Source: a virus
Lineage: Duplodnaviria > Caudoviricetes
Direction: 5' to 3' (one strand)
IMG/VR virus record: IMGVR_UViG_637000272_000004
Location: 21,538 to 85,537 of that record
DNA: 64,000 bases
The position numbers and the translations under genes were made by a program. The notes under the pieces were generated by a model that saw nothing but the letters and a program-made list of their open reading frames with translations, did no database searches and was not told the DNA's origin. Below, piece after piece: positions 41,515-51,859 of the stretch. Position 1 is the first letter of the stretch. Every line of letters begins with the position of its first letter.

Positions 41515-41802
41515 CTACACAAGTGACTCAAAAGCACTAATAATTTCAGCTTTTGTTTGTTTTTCGTCAACATCTAAACTAGCAAGGTTTGCTATTTCGA
41601 CAAGTTCTTTTTTGGTTAATTTGTCATTTACGATGTAAATCATTTGTTCGTTGCGTTTATTTTCAACACTGGCTAAAGATTTAACGCGTTCATCTGTAGG
41701 ATTATAACCTTTACGAGGGTAGACATGCCCTTTCAAATAGACATGTCTGTTATCTTCTAAATCTGTAAAATCTACTTTAACAATTCCTATGATTTCGGGC
41801 AT
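41515..41802 (-). CDS. Small head-associated protein
   Basis: 95 aa after the capsid gene. Confidence 0.7.
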   Translation of the reverse strand: MPEIIGIVKVDFTDLEDNRHVYLKGHVYPRKGYNPTDERVKSLASVENKRNEQMIYIVNDKLTKKELVEIANLASLDVDEKQTKAEIISAFESLV

Positions 41803-41823
41803 GTTACCACTCCTAATTATTTA

Positions 41824-42798
41824 TTAAACTTCTCCTGGAACTGAAGATGGTTTTGCATCAGCAGGAACTAACTTAGCAAACGCTTTATCATCAGCGATAT
41901 GCAATGCTACATGCATAGTTGCACGTAATGCCACCATATCTTGTTCGAATAAGTTTACAGGTGTGCCATCTTCGTTTTTAACTGTAGATAATTGTGCTGT
42001 TTCATCGATTTTGTATTCAATTAATTGAGGGATACCGTAAATCAACTTATCAAAGTCACCAGTGATTAATTCACCGCGTTTTAAGTTACTTGATTTTAAG
42101 TTAACCACAGGTAGACCGTCTAATGAATCACTGTTACGGTCATAAATACGTTCCTTAGTTTCAGGATCTACAATTTTACGTAGCAAGCTTCTATTTTGTG
42201 TTTTTGAGATAAACGCATTTGCTTCTAATTCGTCATCTTCAAGTAATGCCTCTAAATCAATAATGTTATCTTGTGTGAAGTCGCCTTTAATAACCTTGTT
42301 AGTTTTTTCAATTGATTGTGCAATTGATTTACCGAATGGATTGTTACCTTGATTCAAAATACCTGCTTCGTCAAACTTTTTATAGAAAGCTTCAGCAATC
42401 ATAGGTTTCATTTCTTCGAAGAATTGTGAATAAGTATAATTCAAGAATTCTTTTGTTACAGGTAAGATAACCCCTAATTTAAACGCTCTCATAGTAGCGT
42501 TAACCCAAGTAGCTTTAGACGTTTCAATTTTTTGACCTTCACCTACCCAGTAAGCACCTGGTTTATCAGCCCAAAAAGTAAACTTCTTCTCAGTACCTTC
42601 CATTGGTTCGTACTTACCTAATTGCATGATTTTAGAGTTTTCCATAACCTCTTGTAAGATAGGTGTTGTAAAGTCGTTTAACAACGTACCATCTTTCTTT
42701 TCGTGCATCATTACATTATCAGGGTTAAATACTTGTGGTTTAACATTGTTGCTTGCGAAATGTTGCAAGTTTAATTTTAGTTTTTGTGTTTGTTCCAT
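41824..42798 (-). CDS. Major capsid protein (80alpha gp47-like)
   Basis: [14 protein letters not shown]^ASNN, carrying the host Prp-protease cleavage motif. Confidence 0.96.
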   Translation of the reverse strand: MEQTQKLKLNLQHFASNNVKPQVFNPDNVMMHEKKDGTLLNDFTTPILQEVMENSKIMQLGKYEPMEGTEKKFTFWADKPGAYWVGEGQKIETSKATWVNATMRAFKLGVILPVTKEFLNYTYSQFFEEMKPMIAEAFYKKFDEAGILNQGNNPFGKSIAQSIEKTNKVIKGDFTQDNIIDLEALLEDDELEANAFISKTQNRSLLRKIVDPETKERIYDRNSDSLDGLPVVNLKSSNLKRGELITGDFDKLIYGIPQLIEYKIDETAQLSTVKNEDGTPVNLFEQDMVALRATMHVALHIADDKAFAKLVPADAKPSSVPGEV

Positions 42799-42811
42799 TT
42801 AAATGCCTCCG

Positions 42812-43426
42812 TTAATTTTTAATAATTCTTTTTTGTTTAGCAATTTCAGCCAAGTTTTGAGTTTTGTTTTTTGCCGTATGGTTAAATGAATCCCCACCAG
42901 TCAATGGTGATTGTCTAGCGTTAACCTTAACCGCTTCACTAACCGCTTTTTTTACTGCATTAGAAAAAGCTTCAACATTCAATTTAGTTTGTTCAGCAGT
43001 ATCTGTTACAACTAAATTAACAACCTCGTCTGATGAATCAACTTCTGCTTCGCTTAACATTTCCCTTGCTTCTGAACGCATTTCATTTAATTGTTTTTCT
43101 GAGCGTAATTGCTCCAGCTCTTTTTCCATTTGTTCACGTTCATATTCAGCGATTTGATCTTTGTTCATTTTTGCTAATCGTTTAGCTTCATCAACAGCTT
43201 CTTGTTTCTCTTTTTCTTTCTGCTTCATACGACGACTTAATTCTTCTTTAAGACGCTTATTATATTCTTCTTGTAGTCTTTTTTCGATTTCTTCTTCTGA
43301 ATTAGTCTTTGTGTCTTGTTTGTCTTTGCCTTCATCATCGTTGTTATCTTTTAATTCTCCATTATCTTCATCTGATTCTTCAGCAAAAAACTGTAATTTG
43401 AGTTTTAACTTTTCTTGGATATCCAT
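42812..43426 (-). CDS. Capsid scaffold (DUF4355)
   Basis: KLKLKLQFF^A Prp motif; acidic coiled coil. Confidence 0.9.
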   Translation of the reverse strand: MDIQEKLKLKLQFFAEESDEDNGELKDNNDDEGKDKQDTKTNSEEEIEKRLQEEYNKRLKEELSRRMKQKEKEKQEAVDEAKRLAKMNKDQIAEYEREQMEKELEQLRSEKQLNEMRSEAREMLSEAEVDSSDEVVNLVVTDTAEQTKLNVEAFSNAVKKAVSEAVKVNARQSPLTGGDSFNHTAKNKTQNLAEIAKQKRIIKN

Positions 43427-43560
43427 AGTTTTCACACCTCATTTATTTACTCTTGATTAGTTTTAAGCCATACATGGTTCGGGCTGTTACACTTGCATCT
43501 TTTATTGTCATAAGCATGGTTTGGACATAAAAAATAGCCAACACAATTAAGTGCTAGCTA

Positions 43561-43731
43561 TTAAAAGAGTGGTTCGTTATATTTCGATTTTTCTTTATTG
43601 GCTAATACTGTCGACCTTACACTGTCTAAGTTTGCATCAATAATAAATGTTTCGTTTCGCTTTTGTAACTCTTTACGTATACCTGTTAATTCTCTTGCTA
43701 TGTCTCTAAGGTATTTATCAGTATTACTCAT
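43561..43731 (-). CDS. Small phage protein, 56 aa
   Basis: MSNTDKYLRDIARELTGIRKELQKRN; GGAGG RBS. Confidence 0.7.
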   Translation of the reverse strand: MSNTDKYLRDIARELTGIRKELQKRNETFIIDANLDSVRSTVLANKEKSKYNEPLF

Positions 43732-43803
43732 ATTAATATCCTCCAAACACTTAATTTACTATCATACAATGCTAACTTGCCTTTAAAAACCTTTACTTTT
43801 AAA

Positions 43804-44799
43804 TCAATCACCGCTTTTCACTTTCCCTCCGAAGTATTTCGTTTTTCGTTTCTTGCTTGGTTTTTTCGGCCACATAGATTTAGGTAGTAATGCACAATCT
43901 GAACGACAATTGATATGCATAGGGTAGAAATTAACACCAATTTTAGCGTCTTTAACTTTGAATATTTCTCCATTAAGCCCCTTGCATACTTTAGTTGTTC
44001 TACTATCAATTTTTGCAATATACATATAATATCCTTCTGGTGAAATTTCTTTCATGCTGTCAATGCTTGATTGTGCGTGAACACGTGCCGATTCCGTATA
44101 AAGCAATGATTTAATTGCTGCGGTCTTTTGTCGTGCTGTGCCTTCGAATTTATTTAAGTGCTTGCGCATATCTTTAACATATTCATTTGGATGTCGACCT
44201 CTAATAACCACATTAGCAATTATTTCTTCTACTTCCTGTTTCATCGCTTCAGTATTAGTCCATAATCGCTCTGACCAAACGACACCATGAAATTGTGTAT
44301 CAACGATTGTATCTATAACTTCTTTAGCTACTTGTACACCTTCACCTAAAATACCTGCTTGATCACTGAACACACGATAAGCTGTTGATTCGAAATATTC
44401 CCTCATCGATAATTCAGTTTGAGCTGTTGCATAAGCAATTAAGAATTCTATTTGAATCTTTAACATCTGTTCTCTAGATACATACATCTTAGTGTTATAC
44501 TTCTTTAATTCTTCATTTGCTCTATCGCTAAAGTCCTTGTTTTCGACCAATCTTTTTGCTTCTTCTTGAAACGCTTTTACATCGAACTCATCAATAATCT
44601 TTTGTGCTTCTTGTAATGTAACGCCTGCAAAATCTCCGTACTTAACAATAAACGCATTGATTTCTTTTTCAATGCGCTTAATCATCATATTCAATATACG
44701 TTCTATTTCTTCAGCTTTAGTTTTATCACGCTTCAACTCATTCTCGATTGCTTTGCGTCCGCGTTCTTCCCAATATTCTTGAGTGTTTTTGTTAGGCAA
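43804..44799 (-). CDS. Minor head protein (SPP1 gp7-like)
   Basis: PMHINCRS motif. Confidence 0.9.
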   Translation of the reverse strand: MPNKNTQEYWEERGRKAIENELKRDKTKAEEIERILNMMIKRIEKEINAFIVKYGDFAGVTLQEAQKIIDEFDVKAFQEEAKRLVENKDFSDRANEELKKYNTKMYVSREQMLKIQIEFLIAYATAQTELSMREYFESTAYRVFSDQAGILGEGVQVAKEVIDTIVDTQFHGVVWSERLWTNTEAMKQEVEEIIANVVIRGRHPNEYVKDMRKHLNKFEGTARQKTAAIKSLLYTESARVHAQSSIDSMKEISPEGYYMYIAKIDSRTTKVCKGLNGEIFKVKDAKIGVNFYPMHINCRSDCALLPKSMWPKKPSKKRKTKYFGGKVKSGD

Positions 44800-46341
44800 T
44801 TACAATCCTTCCTTTTTATCAACAGTATCTTTTGTATCATCATCTTGTTCGTCATCATTGATGTCTCTAGGGTCTTTATAAATACCTTTTTGAGCTTTTT
44901 TAATAGATTCTTTCTCATCTTCTTCTATTTTCTTGACTTCCAATTCAGGGTCTTGGAAGAACGAGAATAGAGACATTAAAGTTGTTTGACTAATCTTCCC
45001 GCCAGAATCAATATAAGCTTTTAATTCTTCGATTAATGATTTAGGTAAGTTTCTATTGTATACGTACCTAACAGTATTAAAATCTTTGTTAGCGTCAATT
45101 GACCGTGTGTTTTTAAGTATTGTCTCTAACAACTTAGCACGACGTCTTAACCCTTTAGTAAACAATCCTTCTTTAGTTTTAGTGCGTTGTTCTAATCCAA
45201 ATAATTTGTATTTCATTGCCTCACCTGAAGTCGTGCCGCTAAAGTTATCATCTTTCATGTTAGGCGTGTTGGTAAACATGTGTATATCACTGTTTAAACG
45301 GTCTTTATAAGCTTCTGTACCTTGTACATCGTATTGTTTATAAATATAACCGCCATCAACAGAGCCTTCTGTTTCTCTACCTTCGCTATCAGCATAAACA
45401 GTCGGTTCTAAAAACAAAACATTAGCTTCCTTTTGCTTTCTAACTTCTACGGGATCTAAATTTAAATTACCTTTAATAAGTAGCATAGCGTCATTTAAAT
45501 CACTCATATAGTTAGCTGTATCTGATTCAGCATTATCATACAAATCAATTAAAGTGATTACTTTTTCATAATCTCCTTTTCTTCTTTCGTTGTTGCTAAA
45601 TTCTGTAATAGGCATGCGTTCAAATGAGTGTGATTCAAAACCGTTTTCACGTGGTGTGAGCTTCAATCCACTTGTTCTACTGGTAAGATATCTATAAACA
45701 CCGTGTGAAGTGAATAAATCAACAGTAAACACTTCATCTTCGTCAGTCTTGTCTATTGGTTTAGTTCTTAAATATCTAACGCCCGCAATACTATTACGTT
45801 CAACTGTGTTGTCATATATGACAAAAGTACTCATTGCATCACTCTTGTATAAACGCGTTTCATCATCTTGGTTTCTAATCATCAACTCATAAGCTTTGCC
45901 ATAAATTGATAAGTCTAATCCTAGAGATCTATTGTGTGACTCAACATCATTCAAATCATTGAACGCCTCAATAGCTTCTAATACATCTTTGTCATCATCT
46001 TGGTATTGAATTGGATTACCTAAGAAATAACCATTAATGAAATCACTGATATAAGATGCGTAATCATGGGCAACACGGTTGTCTGACATATACTCTTCTT
46101 TGCGTCGTGTTAACTCAACTAAGTTCTTAGTTTTACCTTCGTAATAATCACTTAACACTTTTAATCTAGGTCGTTGGTAATCCATGTGATGTTCAATGTA
46201 TTTACTCACTTCATTAACGTTTTGTAATAAATCGGACTCCGTCCCGTCATATGTGTAAACAACATTAGCTTCATCATTAAATAAGTAATTCCTGTTTTCA
46301 CGTAGATCTGTATCTGTTTCAAATTCATTTACCTTTAACAT
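44800..46341 (-). CDS. Portal protein (SPP1 type)
   Basis: MLKVNEFETDTDLR..., SGEAMKYKL. Confidence 0.95.
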   Translation of the reverse strand: MLKVNEFETDTDLRENRNYLFNDEANVVYTYDGTESDLLQNVNEVSKYIEHHMDYQRPRLKVLSDYYEGKTKNLVELTRRKEEYMSDNRVAHDYASYISDFINGYFLGNPIQYQDDDKDVLEAIEAFNDLNDVESHNRSLGLDLSIYGKAYELMIRNQDDETRLYKSDAMSTFVIYDNTVERNSIAGVRYLRTKPIDKTDEDEVFTVDLFTSHGVYRYLTSRTSGLKLTPRENGFESHSFERMPITEFSNNERRKGDYEKVITLIDLYDNAESDTANYMSDLNDAMLLIKGNLNLDPVEVRKQKEANVLFLEPTVYADSEGRETEGSVDGGYIYKQYDVQGTEAYKDRLNSDIHMFTNTPNMKDDNFSGTTSGEAMKYKLFGLEQRTKTKEGLFTKGLRRRAKLLETILKNTRSIDANKDFNTVRYVYNRNLPKSLIEELKAYIDSGGKISQTTLMSLFSFFQDPELEVKKIEEDEKESIKKAQKGIYKDPRDINDDEQDDDTKDTVDKKEGL

Positions 46342-46351
46342 TTGTTCCCTC

Positions 46352-47641
46352 CTATAATCCTAGAGATTTGATTACTTTTGTTTTGCTTTCTGCATTCTTC
46401 TTGCGTTTTTTTAATTTAATATGGTATTTTTCAAGACTATATCTAAGTGCATCCATTAAATGATTGTTTTTATCTATAGGCTTGTTAATCCAATTACCTT
46501 CACTGTCTTGGTCAAAAGTATATGTGTTTAATTCTTCGATAGTATGTACGCAACTAGGGTGTACATACACTTTAAAACCCTGAATAAATTGGACACCCTG
46601 CATTATGGTATTCGCACCTTTTACTGACGGTTTGATATTAGGTACACCTTTTCTACTTATTTCAGTTATCAACCTTTTTTCAGCGCTATCCGCAACTATA
46701 TGTGCATCTTGATAACCTTTACGTTTAATCATATTTATAATGTCATCTGTCAACATGGCTTTTTCTGAGTGTTCGTCGTATATCCATAACTCTTTATTTT
46801 TTAAATCAACTACAGTGTTAATTAGAGTGGTAGGGTCAAATGTAAAACCAAAATCCATACCATGTGCAATTTCTTGTGTTCGTTTAAACTTCTCTCGCCA
46901 ATCGAAATCAGTGACTTTAAAGTTATCGAACACAAGACCCTCAGCAACGCCCCAATCTCCATCACAGACGATTCTTGCACGTCTGGGATTCTTTATATAC
47001 AAATCTTCGTATCGTTCAATATCGACTTTATCTAGCCATTCATTAACTCTATAAGTTGTGGTATCTGAGAAGGTATTGTTTAGTTTTGTTTCTTCGTCAA
47101 AAAACGTAGATTTCAACCAATGTCTTTCCGACCACGGGTTAAAAGTAACTGTGATTTGTTTGAAGAAATCTGGACTATCGTAGCTACCACGTATCGACTC
47201 AACAACAGTACTAAATTTAGCGAATGTTTCTATTTGATAAGCTTCTTCAAACCAAGCCCAACACAAAATGCCGGTATCAACAGTAATCGATGTTATTTTC
47301 AATGGATCGTCTAAACCTCTAAACAGTATTTTTTGTCCAGTAGGTTTATACGTTATTTCCGGCAAACTTTCGTTAAATTTAAATAAGTGAGCAACACCTA
47401 ATTGGTTAGTTGCCCACTTTAAATCTGTATATGTTGATTGTTTGTTAGTATTACTGAATCTTCTGACCACAAGTATATTTGCCCAATCATATTTCATTAT
47501 TCGATAAATAAAATTAATAGCGGTAGTTTTACTTTTCTTGCTACCCCTCGAACCTTTAACGACACGGTAAAAACTTTTATTGTGCCAAAACTTATTATAG
47601 CCACCACCGATTTTATTTTTTAGATCAAGTATTTCATACAT
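46352..47641 (-). CDS. terL: Terminase large subunit (PBSX family)
   Basis: GSRGSKKS Walker A, WFEEA, NHLMDALRY. Confidence 0.95.
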   Translation of the reverse strand: MYEILDLKNKIGGGYNKFWHNKSFYRVVKGSRGSKKSKTTAINFIYRIMKYDWANILVVRRFSNTNKQSTYTDLKWATNQLGVAHLFKFNESLPEITYKPTGQKILFRGLDDPLKITSITVDTGILCWAWFEEAYQIETFAKFSTVVESIRGSYDSPDFFKQITVTFNPWSERHWLKSTFFDEETKLNNTFSDTTTYRVNEWLDKVDIERYEDLYIKNPRRARIVCDGDWGVAEGLVFDNFKVTDFDWREKFKRTQEIAHGMDFGFTFDPTTLINTVVDLKNKELWIYDEHSEKAMLTDDIINMIKRKGYQDAHIVADSAEKRLITEISRKGVPNIKPSVKGANTIMQGVQFIQGFKVYVHPSCVHTIEELNTYTFDQDSEGNWINKPIDKNNHLMDALRYSLEKYHIKLKKRKKNAESKTKVIKSLGL

Positions 47642-47643
47642 GA

Positions 47644-48138
47644 CTAATCATCTTCCGGAATATTATCGACAAACATTGGTATTTTGTAGTCGACCTCTTG
47701 TTTGTCTGTAAATAATTTATGATGTCTACCTAACATCTCTAAAGCTCGGTTTTGGTCACTGATTTTAGGAGTTTTAGAAACAAGTTGTATGTGTTCATCG
47801 TATACTAATTGCATTTTGCCAGTGTCGGGATTCTCTTTGTAGTCTCCTGTTTTTGTTACAATAGCTTCAACTTCCGAGTGTTCTCCTCTAGCTGTTCTAG
47901 TTAGCCTATACAACACTTCTTTACCTGACATAATATTCTCATCAAAGAGTTTCGTTTCAACCTCCTTGATATAATTTTGTATTTCAACATTCTTCAACAT
48001 ACGCTGTCCTTGTGAGTACGCCGTCTTTTCGCTATATCCAGCATGCACAGCTGACTTAGTAGCGTTGCCATAACATTCAGTACCGGGTATTGTATATACT
48101 TCTGCAAACAAACGTTGCTTTTTAGTTAATTTGTTCAT
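47644..48138 (-). CDS. terS: Terminase small subunit
   Basis: LTKKQRLFAE..., AGYSEKTAYSQGQRML. Confidence 0.92.
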   Translation of the reverse strand: MNKLTKKQRLFAEVYTIPGTECYGNATKSAVHAGYSEKTAYSQGQRMLKNVEIQNYIKEVETKLFDENIMSGKEVLYRLTRTARGEHSEVEAIVTKTGDYKENPDTGKMQLVYDEHIQLVSKTPKISDQNRALEMLGRHHKLFTDKQEVDYKIPMFVDNIPEDD

Positions 48139-48295
48139 TTCATTTACCACCAACTCTCTCGCTATACGCTTTTTAAAAATTAAAAAAGGGATTGGCTATA
48201 ATCAGCCAACCCACATAGATCCTTTATTCCTAATTGCGATAAGGGAAACGCAGTAAGATAGTCAATATCTTACGGTATCATATTAACACCGAAAG

Positions 48296-48325
48296 TGACG
48301 TTATTTTTCCAGACTTTTTCCAAAC
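48296..48325 (-). promoter_or_regulatory. Probable RinA-responsive region of the late promoter
   Basis: TGGAAAAA direct repeat between rinA and terS. Confidence 0.45.
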
Positions 48326-48745
48326 TTAATGTATTATACCTAGTTCATCAGCTAATCTAACTAGTATATCTTTTCTCATATCATAAGCAGTCGACTTACT
48401 CACGTTAATTTCTTGAGCAACTCCAGTAAGATTTAATGTTCTAGGTTTTTTGAAATAATAAAGTTCCATAAGTTTTTGAGTCTCTACAGTGCTATGATTA
48501 TATACAACCTCTATAGCTGATTTCATTCTGGCCAATTGCGATAATCTTCTATCGTTAACCACTCTAATAGCTTTTATTTCAGTTACACTTACATTGCTTT
48601 GCACCCTATCTCCACCGATATTAGTATCTTGTTGACTCCACGGGTTTAAAACTTCATCTCTTACACGCGCTATATCTTTATCAAAGTAATTGTAATTACT
48701 TAATTCACTTTCCAAGTACCTTTGCGTTGATTTTCTCAAACTCAT
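48326..48745 (-). CDS. rinA: Late transcriptional activator (RinA/ArpU family)
   Basis: Last early gene before terS; C-terminal HTH. Confidence 0.88.
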   Translation of the reverse strand: MSLRKSTQRYLESELSNYNYFDKDIARVRDEVLNPWSQQDTNIGGDRVQSNVSVTEIKAIRVVNDRRLSQLARMKSAIEVVYNHSTVETQKLMELYYFKKPRTLNLTGVAQEINVSKSTAYDMRKDILVRLADELGIIH

Positions 48746-48759
48746 TTGTTTAACCCCCG

Positions 48760-48903
48760 TTAATCTTCAAAGTGTCTCAATCTACTTCTTAATATCTCTA
48801 TCTCTCGCTCTTTAACTTTCACATCACCTTTTAACTGTTCCGCTTGTAACATCACACCAAACAATAAGATGACTAGTAATATAATTGCTATGATTAACCA
48901 CAT
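48760..48903 (-). CDS. DUF1514-like small membrane protein (not in ORF track)
   Basis: MWLIIAIILLVILLFGVMLQAEQLKGDVKVKEREIEILRSRLRHFED. Confidence 0.75.
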   Translation of the reverse strand: MWLIIAIILLVILLFGVMLQAEQLKGDVKVKEREIEILRSRLRHFED

Positions 48904-48906
48904 CAT

Positions 48907-49080
48907 CTACTCTGACACCTCCGCCCTCATCAAATCACACTGATCGCTCAGCTTTGCGAAGTCACTCGGCGCCTCTACATCATCATTAGCCGTCATCATA
49001 ATAAATACTTGCTCAGTTACATACTTACCTAACTCGTACATTGCTAATAAGAATAATAATCTTAGTATTTGTTTAATCAT
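48907..49080 (-). CDS. rinB: RinB-family protein
   Basis: MIKQILRLLFLLAMYELGKYVTEQV. Confidence 0.8.
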   Translation of the reverse strand: MIKQILRLLFLLAMYELGKYVTEQVFIMMTANDDVEAPSDFAKLSDQCDLMRAEVSE

Positions 49081-49283
49081 TTCCCACACTCCCTTATATT
49101 TTCAAACAACTGACTCACTTTAATAATTGCATCCCTTTTAACTTGCGCCTCGTACTTCTTTTTCGCTTCTTCTTTACTCTCTGCCTCAACAACTGTAAAC
49201 GTCTGATTATCTCTAGCTACAGTAATATGTTCATGTGGTAGTCCTGTTGAATCTTTGAATGTTGTGACTAAGTATTGTGTCAC
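49077..49283 (-). CDS. DUF1381 protein
   Basis: MTQYLVTTFKDSTG. Confidence 0.8.
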   Translation of the reverse strand: MTQYLVTTFKDSTGLPHEHITVARDNQTFTVVEAESKEEAKKKYEAQVKRDAIIKVSQLFENIRECGK

Positions 49284-49525
49284 TTCTTATCACTCCTTTG
49301 AATGATTCTAAGTTTTTCTACGAATAAAAGTATTAGTACAACACTCAATGTAGCCAACATATTTTTTTGCTTTGCAAAATCTACTATAACGATTAAGACT
49401 AATAACATTCCAATTCTGCATGTAAATAAATCTAATTCTTTGTACAAAACCATATATCTGTTGAATAAATTGTTAAATATTACTATGAATACAAGTATTA
49501 GAACTAATGTAATGATGTAACTCAC
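49280..49525 (-). CDS. Small membrane protein
   Basis: 81 aa, hydrophobic, translationally coupled. Confidence 0.7.
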   Translation of the reverse strand: MSYIITLVLILVFIVIFNNLFNRYMVLYKELDLFTCRIGMLLVLIVIVDFAKQKNMLATLSVVLILLFVEKLRIIQRSDKK

Positions 49526-49561
49526 TTCCCCAAAACCTCCTTGACTCGATCTAAGATGTCT

Positions 49562-50098
49562 TTACACGTATCCTTTTCCTGCGTCTGCTGTTCCATCTTG
49601 TCTTTCGTGGTTCCTTTTCATTTTCTTTTTGTATGCGTCAATGAGTTGGTCGATTGTATAGTAAGTATTGGCGTACAAAAAAGGCATTATTAAAACTTGT
49701 ACAATACTATTATCAATACCTTTTACAAATTGTTCTGTTAGTGTATGCATTACATGAACAAAATAAACTGAATGTAGTTTAGGTAAAGTAACTTCATTTT
49801 CAATCAAATCAACCATAACCTCAGTAGTTTCTTCCAAATCTTCTTCATCAACAATAGTCAAAGTTAATTGCAAACTGAAAGCTAAGTAATCAGCAATCTC
49901 ATCTAATTGTGTATCTAATGGCTTACCTGGTTGTTTCTTCCAATTTTTAAAAAACTCAAGTGTGTTAACCCACTCCGCAAATTCAATAATCATACTAGCT
50001 ACTGCGTCATTTAAATTTCTGGTTGGTATTCTATCGTCGAACTCCTTTTGTATTTGTAATAACTCTTGTAACTGATCAATTGCTAATGTGTTAGTCAT
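49562..50098 (-). CDS. dut: Dimeric (all-alpha) dUTPase
   Basis: QKEFDDRI, EFAEW, FKNWKK, DEIADYLAF, KMKRNHERQ. Confidence 0.9.
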   Translation of the reverse strand: MTNTLAIDQLQELLQIQKEFDDRIPTRNLNDAVASMIIEFAEWVNTLEFFKNWKKQPGKPLDTQLDEIADYLAFSLQLTLTIVDEEDLEETTEVMVDLIENEVTLPKLHSVYFVHVMHTLTEQFVKGIDNSIVQVLIMPFLYANTYYTIDQLIDAYKKKMKRNHERQDGTADAGKGYV

Positions 50099-50259
50099 TA
50101 TTCGTTCTCCTCTACATTAATTTCATATTCATCACAATCAAATGGTACTTCCATCATCGCAATATCACGCGCCTCATTTTCTGCTTCTTCTAAACTTTCA
50201 GCCTCGATGGTCTCTTCAATCATGCCTGTGTATGTGATTTGAACATTAAAACTCTTCAT
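50098..50259 (-). CDS. Small acidic phage protein
   Basis: MKSFNVQITYTGMIEETIEAESLEEAE. Confidence 0.7.
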   Translation of the reverse strand: MKSFNVQITYTGMIEETIEAESLEEAENEARDIAMMEVPFDCDEYEINVEENE

Positions 50260-50500
50260 TTTCCTGCTCCTCCTCATATTTATAAACAACTTGACCCGCC
50301 ATAATTCCTACTGATTCATTAAGTTTAATACCTTCTTCAAGTGAATATTGCATAGCATCAGGTAAACCCTCAAGTATTTCATCAAACGCTTGTGCTTTCT
50401 TATACACGCCTTCAATCTCTTTTAGTAATCCCTCTGTGTCATTGCCGTTATACGCACTAGCACTTATAACGGACTGTTCGATATGTTCTCGATTATTCAT
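50246..50500 (-). CDS. DUF1024 protein
   Basis: VISASAYNGNDTEGLLKEIE. Confidence 0.8.
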   Translation of the reverse strand: MNNREHIEQSVISASAYNGNDTEGLLKEIEGVYKKAQAFDEILEGLPDAMQYSLEEGIKLNESVGIMAGQVVYKYEEEQENEEF

Positions 50501-50796
50501 TAGCGTCGTCCTCCATAAAAATTTTATTGTTTAATTTCATTCCAAACTTAACTCTTTCATCATCGTTGCCAAATTCGTTTATTAAATCCGTTTATTAAAT
50601 CCGTTTCAACGCTCTTGCAATACCTATCCCATGCGTTCGCTTTCTTCTCCAGCTCTTTGTTACGCTCTCGTAACTTAGCCATATCCTCAATAAGCTCATA
50701 TCGTTGCTTCTTGTACTCATCACGTTGTTTTCTCATCTTCTTCAACCTAGCGTCCATTACACCTAGTTGGAACCCTGTTTCATAGTTCACTTTCAT
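50493..50796 (-). pseudogene. Coiled-coil phage protein truncated by a 13-bp tandem duplication
   Basis: CGTTTATTAAATC x2 at 50576-50601; removing one copy restores a 96-aa ORF ending at 50493. Confidence 0.8.
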
Positions 50797-50804
50797 AACC
50801 TCCT

Positions 50805-51047
50805 CTAAAATAAAGTTAGTTGCTTCTGTTCCTCATATTCCAAACCATGTTGCTTTATATATATTTCAAGCTCTTCCGCTGTATCAAATGTCTTTTTCAC
50901 GCCTTGCCAACCTGGCACGATATGACCGTGAAAGTAATAAGTGCCGTTTACTACATGGATATGTGCCACTTGTTCGTTATCCTGATACAGATATCTCTTA
51001 GAGCCGAAAAATTGGTTTAGGTATTCTTTGCGTGCGTTATCTGTCAT
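50805..51047 (-). CDS. SAV1978-like phage protein
   Basis: GSKRYLYQDNEQVAHIHVVNGTYYFHGH. Confidence 0.8.
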   Translation of the reverse strand: MTDNARKEYLNQFFGSKRYLYQDNEQVAHIHVVNGTYYFHGHIVPGWQGVKKTFDTAEELEIYIKQHGLEYEEQKQLTLF

Positions 51048-51052
51048 GGTCA

Positions 51053-51307
51053 TCACTCCCACAAGTCAAATGCTCTTTGGACATAAAACTTCGCCTTTGC
51101 TAAATCCTCATGACCATTATTTAACGGTGCTCTAGACAAGCATTTGATTGCATTACCTATTGCGAATGCTAATTGTGGTGGGTACTGTGCCGTAACTTGT
51201 TCTATGAAATCTATAACTTCAATATCTCCGTATGTGTAATGTGCTGGTTGTTTAACATTGTCTTGCATTTCGTTCATATCTACTTTCCTGTTACTGATTA
51301 TGCTCAT
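51053..51307 (-). CDS. DUF3310 protein
   Basis: VKQPAHY, GNAIKCLSRA, EDLAKAKFY. Confidence 0.85.
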   Translation of the reverse strand: MSIISNRKVDMNEMQDNVKQPAHYTYGDIEVIDFIEQVTAQYPPQLAFAIGNAIKCLSRAPLNNGHEDLAKAKFYVQRAFDLWE

Positions 51308-51669
51308 TATGCTTCACTCCATTTCTTGAACATTTGGTTATAAGTGACATCGAACCAGTACGGATCACGTGAATGTTTCTGTGGCACATTAAACAAATGC
51401 GGTTTCTTTCTTCTTAGTTCTGCCTCTTTACGTCGTTGCCTAGCTATTTCACGTTCGAGTCTCGCTTGTTTAACCTTTTCCATTTGTTTCATTTCTCTAT
51501 ATTCTTTTAGGTGCATACCATAGGGTGCATCTAAAGCTTCTGAAAACTCCCAACAACCTCTTACACGTTTAGAAACAATTCCAGCATTTATCCCTCGCTT
51601 TGACATTAATTCTCTTTCAAAATTATTAAATTTATATGGTTTGTTATTAATAATTACAACACTGCCCAT
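51307..51669 (-). CDS. PVL ORF50-like protein
   Basis: VPQKHSRDPYWFD. Confidence 0.75.
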   Translation of the reverse strand: MGSVVIINNKPYKFNNFERELMSKRGINAGIVSKRVRGCWEFSEALDAPYGMHLKEYREMKQMEKVKQARLEREIARQRRKEAELRRKKPHLFNVPQKHSRDPYWFDVTYNQMFKKWSEA

Positions 51670-51855
51670 TTATTCCACCTCTATATATGCATGTCTTATT
51701 GTTATGCTGTCATATTTTAGTAATTCGTCCGGATTGTTATCTAAGCGCTTTGCCAGCGCATCTTTTTCATCGTCGACATCATCGTAATGCTGATATTCAA
51801 CTTCTGTAGGTATCCTTATATCAATCGTCGCGTTTATATATGCTTGTTGTTGCAT
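51670..51855 (-). CDS. DUF3113 protein
   Basis: MQQQAYINATIDIRIP. Confidence 0.75.
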   Translation of the reverse strand: MQQQAYINATIDIRIPTEVEYQHYDDVDDEKDALAKRLDNNPDELLKYDSITIRHAYIEVE

Positions 51856-51859
51856 TAAA

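Noticed and set aside
44800-44812. Portal ends KEGL rather than KE
   Set aside because: At most a two-residue read-through; trivial.
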